The notes below the pieces were generated by a model. The model saw nothing but the letters and a program-made list of their open reading frames with translations, was not told where the DNA came from and did not search any database. From Octopus vulgaris (taxonomy: Eukaryota), in the NCBI GenBank assembly GCA_951406725.2, contig OX597829.1:30876001-30940000 (forward strand): 64,000 nt of DNA, given 5' to 3'. The position numbers were made by a program, and so were the translations under genes. Shown here in pieces: positions 1 to 12,407 of this stretch. Each line of letters begins with the position of its first letter. The first letter of the stretch is position 1.

Positions 1-290
1 AAGATCGGTAACAGAGAGGATACTAAAGGAATTGGAGAAATTGAGAAATATCAGGATTTAGACAAGGAAATGAATAGACTGTGGGAGACTAAGACAACAA
101 TTTATTCCTGTGGTAATTAGTGCACTTAGCAGAATACTGGAACTGTTATCTAAGAGGCTGGAGAATAATGGAAATGAGACTTGCATTGTTAACCTGCAGA
201 AAAGTGTAATTCTTTATTCCACAAGAATTCTAAGATTCTTGAGATTTGAAGAGATCTGTTGTCATCAAACCTTGGAATAAAATACCTCCA
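1..290 (+). mobile_element. R4/Dong-like LINE, decayed 3' end (REL endonuclease tail)
   Basis: Manual translation gives EKYQDLDKEMNRLW..IPVVISAL..LQKSVILYSTRILR, which parallels the C-terminus of the younger copy at 35800-36040 (KYKDLEIEVTRMW..IPIIVGAL..IQKIALLGTAHILR). Confidence 0.75.
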
Positions 291-790
291 AACTAATAAA
301 ACATGTGATAATAAGTAGCAACAACAATAATAAAAATAAAAATTGATTTTGATAATATCAACAACACTTATAGCGATAATGGTGTGTTTTATTTGCTTCA
401 TTGGTGACAGATGAGGGATAAATTCCAAAAGCAAGAGAGGATTATATAGAAATTAACTATGGACAACAAAAGGGAAAATTTTGCACAAAATATGATGTTA
501 TAATGTATTTAAAGTAGGGATGTTGTCCTGTGACAACAAAAGCACTCTACATATACTAGGTTATCCTGAATACCAAGTGATGGGTACCTTGCCTAACTGT
601 CAATACCCTTGCTTTACCTAATAAATAAATAAACAAACAAATAAATAATAATGAATAATAATTATTAATTTACTTTTCTACTCTTCTATTTTTGTCGTAA
701 TTTTCTTCCTTCTTTTTTTCCAGTTTTTCTTCTCCATTTCTGTCTTTTCTTTTTTTATCTCTTCCTCTCTTCCTGTCTATCTATCTGTCA

Positions 791-792
<2 letters not shown>

Positions 793-823
<31 letters not shown>

Positions 824-1442
824 CACATGCACACATATGTATGTATAAAACTATCAATCTGTGTGTGTGTGTCTGTCTGTCAGCATCTTTCTCTCTCTCT
901 CTCTCTCTCTTCCTCTCTAACAATCTATTTTGCTGTTTCTCTGTCTGCCTTTCTCTTTCTCTCTCTCTCTCTCTTTCTCTCTATCTGTTTATCTATCCAT
1001 CAGTCTACACACCTCCCTCTCCATCATTTCAATCCCATTCTTTGTATATTTTCTTTAAACAAACACATTTGCATTCTCTCCTTTCACCTCTCCTCTTACT
1101 TAACTCCTTTCAGATATCCCTCACTCGCCTCCCCCCCCTTCTCTCTCTCACACACACACACATGTTATATTTACTCTCAGACCACTGATTCCAGATCCTA
1201 AATTTAAACCACAAACTATCTTTAAGTGTGATAGAATGTGAGTGTGCATATGTGTGTGTATGCATGTATGCATCAGTGGGTGTGCGTGAGTGTGCATGGG
1301 TATGTACCTGCATATATATTTACGCTTGTTTCAGTATGTATGTATGTATATGTGTGTGTGTGTGTTTGTGTATGTGTGTGTATACATGAGTATGTGTTTA
1401 CGTATGTGTGTGTGTATGTGTGTCTGTGAAAATGTTTCTGCT

Positions 1443-1476
<34 letters not shown>

Positions 1477-1556
1477 ATGCATGTTTCTCTGCAAGTGTGC
1501 ACGCATGTGTGTATGTGTTTGTATTTGTGATTGCATATGTTTGTGCTTTATGTGAG

Positions 1557-1588
<32 letters not shown>

Positions 1589-2125
1589 TGTGCATGTGTG
1601 AGTGTGTGTGAGTGTATATGCCCTTTTGAGGTTGTGCACTTATTTCTATGTCTTTATGGATAAGCTATGTCTATATATGTGTCAGTTTGTGTGTATACAT
1701 GTGTGTGCATATGTGTGTGTTTGAATATATATATTCAAACATTCAAGTCTATATTATTATGTGTGTTTTTGTATGTGTGTATGTATATATCTATGTGTGT
1801 GTGTGTTTGTATGTATGAATGTATCTATGTATGTGTTTTTACGGGTATTTTTTTTGTGTGTTTGCATGTGTGTTTGTATGTGTGTGTATTTATGCATATG
1901 TCACCGTGAATGTATTTTTGTATTTGTGTGTATGTGTGTGTATGTGCCTCTGTGTGTGTGTGTGTGTGTGTGTGTCTGTGTATCTGTGTGTGTATGTATG
2001 TGTTCCTGGGAATATATTTTTGTTTGTATGTGTATGCGTTTGTATGCGTGCATGTTTGTATGTGTGCGTATGTGTGTTTATGTATTTGCCTCTATGAATA
2101 TATTTTTGCTTGTGTTTGTGTGTTT
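793..2125. repeat. Compound microsatellite tract: (CA)n, (CT)n and long degenerate (TG/TATG)n
   Basis: Visible directly. It accounts for the HT/CV-rich pseudo-ORFs. Confidence 0.95.
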
Positions 2126-2685
2126 GCCACATTTGGAACATGCACCAGTCAACAATCTAATGATCCAAAATCAATATGAACAGAAACACAATGATATACA
2201 ACGAAGCACACAAAAAACGCATGAACATCACAACATCTAACAGGTTTAACAAATGAAGGAATCCAATGCTTTATACTTTTAGCTAAGAAATCCTACCATT
2301 AAAGAATGGATTTCTCACATAAAAATAATGTTGTTGTTGTTTAGCCCCAGGTCAGCCGCCTCTGACCAAAGACACTGATTTTCAGGGGCATTCCAACCAT
2401 GACAAATTCTGCCTATTTTCATATATCAGGGACTACTTTGTTCCATCTTCCCTTCGTTATTTTGACCTAATTAGATTGTGATTTGAGGTTGTTTAGCTGG
2501 TGATTGGGTAGAGATACCCTTGTTGGTCTGAGGAAAGTTTATAGTTGTTGTTGCTGTTGTTATTTAGGGCAAGGTCAGTTCTGATCAAAGAACACATCTA
2601 TGATCAAATGTGCTCCAGCCATAACCACCACCACTACAGCATTGAATTCGATGAGTTCAGCTTCCCCTTTGAGAAGAAATTATCT

Positions 2686-2717
<32 letters not shown>

Positions 2718-2745
2718 TATCATCATTAGCAGCACTCCTTTACTC

Positions 2746-2905
2746 ACTTACTTGTTTCAGTCACAGGACTATGGCCATGCTGGGGTACCACATTGTGGAA
2801 ACTTAAGTTAAATAAATTGAACCCAGAACTTATCTTAGGTCTGGTACTTATTCTGTTAGGCTCCTTTGCTGAACTGTAAAGTTACTGCTAAGTTATGGGG
2901 ATGCC
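2746..2905 (-). mobile_element. SINE family A, 3' part
   Basis: TTACTTGTTTCAGTC..GGCCATGCTGG..GCTAAGTTA is the reverse complement of the tail of the full copy at 26568-26976. Confidence 0.75.
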
Positions 2906-3064
2906 CTTGAAAAGAAAGAAAGAAATAAAGAAGGAAAGAAAGAGAGAGAAGTGAGGAGAAGGAAAACAAATAATGAAAGCAAAAGAAAGAAATTTATAAG
3001 GTTTAATATATTACAATGAAAAGAAAAACATTTGGATTGTGGAACAAACTGTTAATATTATATT

Positions 3065-3225
3065 GGCACAGACATGACTCTGTGGATAAGAAATTTGCTT
3101 TCCAACCACATGGCTTTGGGTTCTGTTCCACTGAGTGGCACCTTGGGTGAGTGTCTTCTACTGTAACCCTAGGCCACCAAAAACATGCAAGTGGATCTGG
3201 TAGAAAGAAACTAAAAAAAGCTTGT
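3065..3225 (+). mobile_element. SINE family A, 5' part
   Basis: Degenerate match to the head of 26568, including the CORE-like motif GGCACCTTGGGTGAGTGTCTT. Confidence 0.75.
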
Positions 3226-3227
3226 TG

Positions 3228-3260
<33 letters not shown>

Positions 3261-3379
3261 ATGCATATGTGTGTATACATATATAGAGTTTTTACATGCC
3301 ATTTGATGTGCAATATCTGTGTGCAAAAAAATGCAAAAAAAGAAGGAACAGCAAAATGCAAAACTGGGCAAAAAGGGAA

Positions 3380-3570
3380 ACAGATGTAGTGCGGATGAGA
3401 GAAAACTGCACTGGTATGGACATGAGATACATATAGAGGAGAGTCAAAGAGTCCAAGAGAGAGACGTGGAATGAAGTAGTAAAAGGCTCATTTCAAAATG
3501 TGAGCCCCTCAGAAGAGATGACAAAGAACTGAGACAACTATAGGTTTGCTATGCTCAAGAAGACCAGTCT
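3380..3570 (+). mobile_element. RTE-type LINE 3' fragment, old
   Basis: ERKLHWYGH..PRETWNEVVK..EMTKN matches the C-terminus of the ORFs at 12651 and 43266. Confidence 0.65.
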
Positions 3571-4357
3571 GCTTTGATGAAAATGAGATCCTAAATGCAT
3601 TATGTTCATGTCTATTACATACACTGGTTTCTGCCCTGCATTTAACCAGTCTCTGTGAATTCTTCTTACCCTCTTATCTTCCTAACACTCATCTTTCCAC
3701 TTTTGTAACTGTGGTCCTATTCAGCTGCTGTAATCATATCAGAACACAATTTGTACATATTTCATTTCCCTTTTGATTCCTCTACACAGCTATTATACTG
3801 CTGCTCTCCACCCCTCCTGTACTTCCACTTATCACCTCTTCCCTCCTGAGCCCCTCCTATCTCTTTCACATCCCTCATACTTATACCACATTTCCATGCT
3901 TGTTCACTGTTTATTACTTTCACCTGTAACCCCTACCTTTAACTAACTGTCACTCCCCTCTCACACTCTCACAAACTTATTCATGCACCCTTCCTGATCC
4001 TCTGCCTGTATTTTTTTCATACTGATCCGCTTGTATCTCAAAAGTACACACTGATGCTGGTTTGTCACCACCATCCTTGTCTTCTTTCCATCTACTACCA
4101 CCCACTCTTTATGTAATGTTAGGGTTGCCATGTATCTCCTCTATAGCAAAACACTTGTTTTTATCCCTCCATCATACTTTTAGCCTCTCAGTACTTGACA
4201 TAAATCACCTACCCCTCTGCAGCTCCACTCAGTCAAAGAGTCTGTGACTTTGTCTCATGAGTTATTTGCTTACCTTACTGGTGCTACTGTCATGTTTGAC
4301 CCTGTTGCACTGTCCAACACATACCAGTATGGAAGGCAAATGTTAAATGACAGCGTT

Positions 4358-4620
4358 ATACTAATACATCTGTTTGTTGTCTACACCACCTGTCTTCATC
4401 TTTTGTTTTTTGTGAATTCTCCCCATATATATATATATATATATATATAACAGGAAGGTTTACGAAAATAAACAAAAGACGAAGGCAGGTGGAGTACAAA
4501 TAAACAATTGTATAAGTATGGCACTCAGGAATAGAAATAGAACAAGTCTTTTACGTTTCGAGACTACGCTCTTCGACAGAAAGATACACAGAAAAATAAA
4601 CAAGGAGAGAAAAAAATGCG
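4358..4620. mobile_element. Two related Penelope-type terminal (pLTR-like) fragments, tail-to-tail across (TA)n
   Basis: 4358-4425 (+) and 4449-4620 (-) are related in inverted orientation around (TA)n 4426-4448. The second carries a hammerhead-like motif. Family assignment is inferred from that motif. Confidence 0.6.
4547..4584 (-). ncRNA. Minimal type I hammerhead ribozyme-like motif with variant core
   Basis: Minus strand reads UCUUU-CUGUCGA-A-GAG(CGUAGU)CUC-GAAA-CG-UA-AAAGA, giving stem I UCUUU/AAAGA, stem II GAG/CUC, GAAA and a GUA cleavage triplet. Confidence 0.6.
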
Positions 4621-4947
4621 TGTCAGTGTAGTTTATGATCTACATTTAAAATTCATCTATTTACTCGATGTCCGGTTGGTTTGGTATATAAACCAAAAAA
4701 ACTTAGGATTTAAACTCTTTTAATCCTGACCCTATTGAAAGAAGTCTTGAAAAGAATTTTTCACACAAGTTATTCGAGATGAAGAAGGTGCAATAGAATT
4801 TCTCCGACTCTATGAACTCCTTGTTTAAATCACTCCCATAATTATAATTGCAAATTTATAACAAAATTTTGAATGTAGATCACAAGCTAGTCTAAGTTTA
4901 AGTTGCTGTAGATCACAACGGCATGTAAATCACATACTACACCGGCA
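4621..4947. mobile_element. Putative MITE with imperfect ~27-bp TIRs
   Basis: TGTCAGTGTAGTTTATGATCTACAT at the left end versus ATGTAAATCACATACTACACCGGCA at the right end. TGTAGATCACA recurs subterminally. Confidence 0.45.
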
Positions 4948-4977
<30 letters not shown>

Positions 4978-4980
<3 letters not shown>

Positions 4981-5367
4981 TTTTGTGCTTTTATTTGTTT
5001 CAGTCATTGACTGCTGCCATGCTGGAGCACCGCAGGACTTATTCTTTGTGAGCCTAGTACTTATCCTATTGGCTCCTTTTGCCGAACTGCTAAGTTACGG
5101 GATATAAACACACCAACAATGGGGGGACAAACACAGACACACAAACATATACACACACATGCATACATGCATATATGTATAAGCCACTACACATTCTTTA
5201 GTTTTTCTCCTTGTTTGTTTCTGTGTTCTTTTCTGTGGAAGAGTGTAGGCTCAAAATGTTAAAGAACTTTTCATTTCCCAAGCGTTAAACTAATACATCT
5301 GTTTGTTGTCTACACCACTTGTCTTCGTCTTTTGTTTTTTTTTGTGAATTCTCCCTATATATATATA

Positions 5368-5410
<43 letters not shown>

Positions 5411-5622
5411 CTGTGCGTGTGTATATAAAAGAAACCTATCATATATATATATATATATATGATGAGTTTCTTTCAGTTTCTGTCTACCAAATCTACTCAC
5501 AAGGCTTTGATCAGCCCGAGGCTATAGTAGAGACACTTGTCTAAGGTACCTCACAGTGGGACTGAACCCAGAACCATGTTGCTGGTAAGCAAGCTACTTA
5601 CTACACAGCTATGCCTGTGCCT
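4978..5622 (-). mobile_element. SINE family A, split by an insertion in its internal microsatellite
   Basis: Tail at 4978-5150 and head at 5460-5622 match 26568-26976 in reverse. A Penelope-type fragment lies at 5183-5356. Confidence 0.8.
5183..5356 (+). mobile_element. Penelope-type terminal fragment with decayed hammerhead motif (5225-5267)
   Basis: GUUCUUUU-CUGUGGA-A-GAGU(GUAG)GCUC-AAAA-UG-UU-AAAGAAC. The 3' end is nearly identical to 4358-4425 and ends GAATTCTCCC(TA)n. Confidence 0.6.
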
Positions 5623-5747
5623 ATTATATATGATGGCTGTCTACTCATGGCCGAGGAAAACCATTGCAGACCTTTAGGAACATTGTGTGCTCTAGGACTA
5701 ACTTATACACACACACAAAGCACAAACACATGCACACACACATAACT

Positions 5748-5778
<31 letters not shown>

Positions 5779-6065
5779 CAATAATAAATCTCTGAGTGAG
5801 ATGTATATATATATATACACATATACATATACATACATATACATATACATACATACACATGCATACACATTGGTTTTGAGTTACACAGCTGGCTGAGTGG
5901 TTGGTGTTTCACACAACCAGCAAAGAAATAAGTCAGAGGTAAAATATCTTGTTAGTAGTATAACAATTTCTGCCCATGCTGTATCGTCTACAGCCTAAAA
6001 TCCTTGTCTGAATAATGTAAATAGGTGACACAATATGCTATATAGTTCACTGTATCGTAGTCAAA

Positions 6066-6372
6066 GTGAAGGTACATGGCTTAATGGTTAGGGTATTCAG
6101 CTTACGGTTGTAAGATTATGAGTTTGATTCTTCACAGTGCATTGTGTCATTGTGCTGCACACTTTATTTCACATTTTGCCAGTTCACTCAGCTGGCAAAA
6201 ATGAGTAATACCTGCATTTCAAAGGGCCAGTCTTGTCACATTCTGTGTCATTCTGTGTCACATTCTGAATCTCTCTGAGAACTATGTTATGGCCACTTGC
6301 ATGTTACCTTCATGAGCAGGCTGTTCCATTGATAAGATCAACTGGAATGCTCGTTGTAACTAATGAGTTGCC
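6066..6372 (+). mobile_element. SINE family C (tRNA-like head, CCAGTTCACTCAGCTG domain), tail type 1
   Basis: Head and core are shared with 25603-25940, and the tail is shared with 39030-39210. Confidence 0.7.
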
Positions 6373-6699
6373 AATTTATTGTAGCCAAAACAAAGAGACA
6401 CTTATCCACGTAAATCATGTTCTTCTAGGAACGGTTTGGTGTTGCTACTTATGGGTTTTCAACGTGCCAGTCACTGGTTTACTGCATTTTCGATAATGAG
6501 AGAGATTAGGAGAGTGTCTGCAAAACTTGGGAATAAAAATATCACAAAGAACTTTGTTTGAAAGCTGAGGCTAAATTATTTCTTTACTTATATCCACATA
6601 TTTTGTTTTTATAATTCACCAAACTATGCACACACACAATCACAAACGTGTATGCAAAAGTTTATATGTGTATACCCAATAAACTATCAGTAACACACT

Positions 6700-6900
6700 C
6701 AACTGTCCACAGCCTAGTCTACCTAACTGTAAATAGGTACCACAGTGTGGTATAGTTCACTGTACTGTGTCCATGACCAACTCACTTAACTGTCCACAGC
6801 CCAATCTACCTAGCTCTAAGTAGGTACCACAGTGTGGAATAGTTCACCTACCCTACAATGTCCACAACCAACATACTTTACTGTCAACAGTCCAGTCAAT
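6700..6900. repeat. Degenerate minisatellite, ~87-bp unit, ~2.3 copies
   Basis: ACTGTCCACAGCC..CTACCTA..TAGGTACCACAGTGTGG..ATAGTTCAC recurs at ~6702 and ~6789, with a partial copy at ~6880 and a related copy at ~5985. Confidence 0.7.
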
Positions 6901-7469
6901 CTTGCAACCTTTTATGTCATGCATAAAATATGTGTGCATGATCAGAAAGTTTGATAGTCTTTATCAACGGAAACTGTTGGTGCTGAGTATTGCTCTTCAT
7001 GTATAATTACACAAATACAGACAATCGATAAGCAACATTCAAACAGGCTTCCCAAGATGGTTTAGCTTAATTGCCTTACAGATCCTATCTTAACTTGGCA
7101 ACATATCGTATTAGCACCAGGGCACAAATACCAGAAAATAAGCTGACCAAGAGACCTGTGAAGCAAGTTAAACAACTCTTAGAATTGTCTGAACATTTGG
7201 AGCATAAACCTCACTTAATTATCTAACAGAACTCACTTGTCATTGATTCCCCAAAAGAAAACAATGGTAGGTGTTTTACTTATCACTGAAATAAAACAGT
7301 AAAAGATAGAGTAACGTAGCTTCTAGACCTGGACAAACCATTATCAATTTTGTTACATACTAAATATTGACCATTTGCATACAAATCAAAATGAATAATT
7401 TTTAACCCTTTAGCATTTAAACCGGTCATATCCAACGCAGATATTCTACCTGTGCAAAATGTTCGGGCT

Positions 7470-7620
7470 AGAGAGAGGCAAAACATGGTATGAGCACAAA
7501 CTACAGAAGCTAGCAAAATTCTCTGGGATTTCCTAATAGAGTGGTCAGTAGAACTGTTACAAAAGGTTTGCCTCCTTGGCACAGCCAGAATAATCAGGAA
7601 AGTATTAGATAGCTGAAAAG
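7470..7620 (+). mobile_element. R4/Dong-like LINE 3' fragment
   Basis: WYEH..ILWDFL..LLQKVCLLGTARIIRKVLDS*. Confidence 0.65.
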
Positions 7621-7719
7621 AACGAATAGCATGGTACCATACACTACAGGCAGCAAGCCCAATATGCATGCAAGAATCCAGGAGTTCCAACAAAATCTGA
7701 AATAAAAAGAAATAATAGG

Positions 7720-7942
7720 AATAATAATCCTTTCTACTAACGGCACAAAGCCTGAAATTTGTAGGGAGGGGACTAGTCGATTGCATCAATCCCAGTGTTT
7801 CACTGGTATTTAATTTATTGACCTTGAAAGGATGAAAGGTAAAGTCAACCCCAGTGGAATTTGAACTCGGTACATAAAGACAGACAAAATACCATTAAGC
7901 ATTTTGCCTGGCTTGCTAACACGTCTGCCAGCTCACCATCTT
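7720..7942 (-). mobile_element. SINE family B
   Basis: Core GAAAGGATGAAAGGTAAAGTCAACC..GAATTTGAACTC and head CTGCCAGCTC are shared with about 20 copies in the window. Confidence 0.8.
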
Positions 7943-8011
7943 AATAATAATAATGATGATGATGATGGTGGTGGTGGTGGTGATGGTGATGATGATGATG
8001 ATGATGATGAT

Positions 8012-8945
8012 GTAGAAGCTATACCTGAATTCTCAACATTACACACTGTCCAAAAGATAACCCTGCTAGGAACAGCCCACATTCTACACAAGGCCTCTAT
8101 CAATCTATTAATACAACCTAAACAAAACAACCCACAAATACATGACACACTCTACACAGCATTTACCCAGTGAAATAAAACTCCCACCAGCAAACCGAAA
8201 AAACCCAAAGCATTACACACTCAACACGCAATGCAAACGGTAACACAAAGAAAAAGACAGCACCACACATCAAGGAAAAAAAAACTAACACAATACAATA
8301 CCAAGAAGTGTTCGCATACTCTCAATAGCAGAAATGAACACATAATGCTGCACACACCTCAGCAACACGGAGGTGTAGCAGATAATGCAGTAGAAATTTA
8401 CCTCAAACTACCAAATATCATTATATAATAATAATACAGTTATATAATAATAATAATATTCTTTCTAATTTTTTGGCACAAGGTCAGTAATGTTGATTGA
8501 AGAGTCCAGTTGATTACATATGACCCAATGCTTGACTGCTACTTTATTTTATCAACCCTAAAGAGCTAAAAGGCAAAGTCAGCCTCAATAATATTTGGAC
8601 TCCAAACTTAAAGAGCAAGAACAATACCACAAGGTATTTGCCCAATCTTCCACCCTAACAAGAACAAGAACGACAATAATAATAATATTGCTTGAAAAGA
8701 AGGGGAAAAATACTGTCAGCATACAAGGATCTTGAAATTGAAATATTTTTAAATGTGTGACATGAAAGAGAAAAGTGTATCCATAACAAGTAGAGCGTTA
8801 GATATGATGAAAAGAAAAAAAATAGAAACAAAAGCATGGAAGCTATACCAGTTCTTGCAACACTACACACTGTCAAAAAAAAAAAAATAATAGCTCCACT
8901 AGGAACAGCCTACATCCTGTGGCATACATTATATATTCAATAACA
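8012..8945 (+). mobile_element. Two R4/Dong-like 3' end fragments (8012-8240, 8690-8945) separated by a SINE B (8460-8650)
   Basis: EAIPEFSTLHTVQKITLLGTAHIL and YKDLEIEI..AIPVLATLHTV..GTAYIL match the Dong C-terminus. Confidence 0.65.
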
Positions 8946-9296
8946 CAGCTCAAATAGAACAATTTTCACACACAACATTCACACCCTATACAACAAGCAA
9001 CTAATAAAATAAAACAACACAGGTCATGCAACATATGCTCTAGTAGATAAATATCCAATAAAATAACACAGCTCACTTTACACACACCACACACAACAAA
9101 ATAAACAACTAATGTAACAAAATAAACAACATGCTAAACTTCACAACAAAACAAACTGATGTGGTGCATTCACAGGAGGTGTCTTTCTCCTTTCAACTCC
9201 AATGGAAATAAGAGACACAATACTGTACACATCTTGGGAATACGGAGTTGTACCAGGTGGTGTGGTAGAAATTCACGAGAACCTTCCATTGAAATA

Positions 9297-9875
9297 ATTA
9301 TTTCAAATTTTGGCACGTGGCTGTGTGGTAAGTAGCCTGCTTACCAACGACATGGTTCTGGGTTCAGTCCCACTGCATATGGCACGTTGGGCAAGTGTCT
9401 TCTACTATAGCCGCAGGCCAACCAAAGCCTTGTGAGTGGATTTGGTAGACGGAAACTGAAAGAAGCTCATCGTATATATGTGTGTGTATATATATGTATG
9501 TATGTGTGTGTATATGTTTGTGTGTCTGTGTTTGTCCTTCAACATCGCTCGACAACTGATGTTGGTGTGTTTACGTCCCCATAACTTAGCAGTTCAGCAA
9601 AAGAGACCGATAGGCTTGCAAAGAATAAGTTCTGGGGTTGATTTCTTCGACTAAAGGTGGTGCTCCAGCATGGCTGCAGTCAAAATGACTGAAACAATTA
9701 AAAGAGTTAAAAGATTTGGGGGGAGGGGTTAAGTTGATTACATTGACCCCTGTGTTAACTGGTACTTATTTTATTGATCCTGAAAGGACAACAGTCAATC
9801 ACTGCACAATATGAACTCAGATCAACATAAAGATGGATGAAGTGCCACTATGGATTCTGGCAGCTCACCATCTTA
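9297..9875. mobile_element. SINE A (+, 9316-9714) nested in SINE B (-)
   Basis: The SINE B tail TTTCAAATTTTGGCAC is cut at 9316 and resumes at 9715. The insert is a near-full match to 26568-26976. Confidence 0.85.
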
Positions 9876-9932
9876 ACTATAAATGAAATAATAATTGCAA
9901 CAACAACAGTCATGACAATAATTTTGTTTATA

Positions 9933-10474
9933 CTGGGTTGTCCGGAAAGTTTGTGCCGATTTTTATAGGAAAGAAAAAGGTCAATAAATATTTGCCATTA
10001 CATTTTTAATCAACAAAATATGAACCATTTTGTTACACAATGCATCTCCATCTTTCCTTTAACTTGAAAATACCTTCTTCCCAGAATTGAGGTGGTTTCA
10101 TGGCAAAGAATTCATCAAGGTATCTTTTTACGTCATCCAAGGGATTGAAATTTTTACTATTATGACTATTCTGCAAAGACCTGAATAAGTGGAAATCCGG
10201 AGGAGCAATATCTGGTGGGGTAACACATCCCAACCGAGCTGCAGCAATTTTTGTCTGGTTCCCAAAGCATCAAGTGCCTAAAATGAACTTTCTTATCTTC
10301 CATTTTAAAGGGTTACAGGTTATAGGAACATAAACCTTCTTCCAGGAAAAGATAGCTTAAACTGTGCTCTAAATGGAGGTGTAGTCAAATCCTGTTTTAT
10401 GGATTCAACCATGTTCTAAAATAAGTTGAAAGGTAAGCTACTATAAATCAGCACAAACTTTCCGGACAACCCAA
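9933..10474 (-). mobile_element. Mariner deletion derivative with intact TIRs
   Basis: TIRs CTGGGTTGTCCGGAAAGTTTGTGCCGATTT / AAATCAGCACAAACTTTCCGGACAACCCAA, TA on both sides, and transposase C-terminus PDIAPPDFHLFRSLQN..GIFKLKERW. Confidence 0.9.
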
Positions 10475-10580
10475 TATATGTGATCATTTGTATAAAACAC
10501 AGTGGGTGATGTTAGCAGTTTCTTCTGTCTACAAATTGCTGGATAATTTTGTACTTTCAAACCCATAAGAGACCCATTAA

Positions 10581-10785
10581 CCCCTTAGCATTCAAATTAC
10601 TCCGTCAAATATAAAGCTTAATTATTCACATTGTTTTAAATTGACCATGCATTATCTCGTAGCTTCAAAATTTTGATAATAAAGTCTGTATACTTTTAAA
10701 ACATCATTGCTGGGTAGGTGTAAAAAGCAGGATCTGGATAGATTGAATCTTTGGGGTGGATATAGCTGGTTTAAATGCTAAAGGG
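10581..10785. mobile_element. piggyBac-type MITE
   Basis: TTAA|CCCCTTAGCATT ... AATGCTAAAGGG|TTAA. Related pieces at 7402-7452 and 51713-51903. Confidence 0.85.
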
Positions 10786-11442
10786 TTAACTGAACAAGTT
10801 GGCACCAAAAGGGGCATCTGGCTGTAAAACACTGTCATAAGAGAAAGAAAAATAATAATAAAACAGAAAATAAAAATAAAAATGGCATAAAAAAGAATGA
10901 AGAAATATATCTTAAACTAAGCAAATGTTGCATTAACAGCAATGCTTCCCTAGAGTCAACCGAATGCTGCAGAAACAAAACCAATGTTGGCAAAGAAGGA
11001 AGCAGGCACTGTCTATTTCTGTACCAGATACACTCAACTGGCATAAAAGAAAAAGAAAATAATAATAATAATAAAAAAACACAAAAACAAAAGAAATGGT
11101 ACAAGAAATAAATATTTTAAAATAAACGGCTCCATAAAACTGGAATGGTGCTGCTAAAATAAACTAGGCCGGAAATATTGAAATATTTGACATGCTGTGA
11201 CCTAGTTCTTTACACTACAAAAGTTTCTGGGAATTGGAATTGGTGGTAGAAGTAGAGACGGTTTTCAAGTGGTCGATATTTTGTTGAAAGTAGCTTGTCA
11301 TGACTCAGTGCAAGCATTTTGATAAAAATCGGGGAATAAAATTAAGAAAAGATGAAAAAATAAATAAATATGAAAAAAAAAAACCCATCACTGAAATTAT
11401 CATTTTCTCACATTTGCACATTATTATACTCTGTTCTTATAT

Positions 11443-11556
<114 letters not shown>

Positions 11557-11607
11557 CCTGACAACCAATCAATCTATCTTTCCATTGATCTATTTACTTA
11601 TCTATAT

Positions 11608-12014
11608 TACTCTTTTACTTGTTTCAGTCATTTGACTGCGGCCATGCTGGAGCACCGCTTTTAGTCGAGCAAATCGACCCCAGGACTTACTCTTTGTAAG
11701 CCTAGTACTTATTCTATCAATCTCTTTTGCCGAACCACTAAGTTACAGGAATGCGAACACACCAGCATCAGTTGTCAAGCGATGTTGTGGAGGGGGGGGG
11801 GGTGACAAGCACAGACACACAAACATATACACACATACATGCATATATACGATGGGCTTCTTTCAGTTTCCATCTACCAAATTCCCTCACAAGGCTTTGG
11901 TTGGCCCGAGGCTATAGTAGAAGACACTTGCTCAAGGTGCCACACAGTGGGAATGAACCCGGAACCATGTGGTTGGTAAGCAAGCTACTTACCACACAGC
12001 CACTCCTGCACCTA
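11608..12014 (-). mobile_element. SINE family A, full length
   Basis: Complete reverse-complement match to 26568-26976. Confidence 0.9.
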
Positions 12015-12030
12015 TAATATAATAAATATA

Positions 12031-12068
<38 letters not shown>

Positions 12069-12407
12069 AATCCTGTCAACTAAAGGGACAAGGTCTTAAA
12101 TTTTGTGGGAAGGGTCTAGTTGATTACATTCACTCAGTGTTTTACTGATTCTTTATTTGTTGACCCCAAAAGGACAAAAGGCATATGTGTATACACATGA
12201 TATATATATGATATATATTTTTTAGCTTTACAATTGGTTATTAGTTTAACATACAAATTAATAATATATATATAATTACAATAATCCCTAACATATACCA
12301 GTACTTTCACATTATATGATAGAGATTAACCAGTGGAATATCTTGGATTATATACTCCCTAATGAAGATATAATTTCCTTGAATTAACAATATATATATA
12401 TATATAT

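Noticed and set aside
821-2240. Long ORFs rich in C/V/Y/M/H/T (also 15400-16337, 39715-42217, 55295-56643)
   Set aside because: They are translations of microsatellites that lack stop codons.
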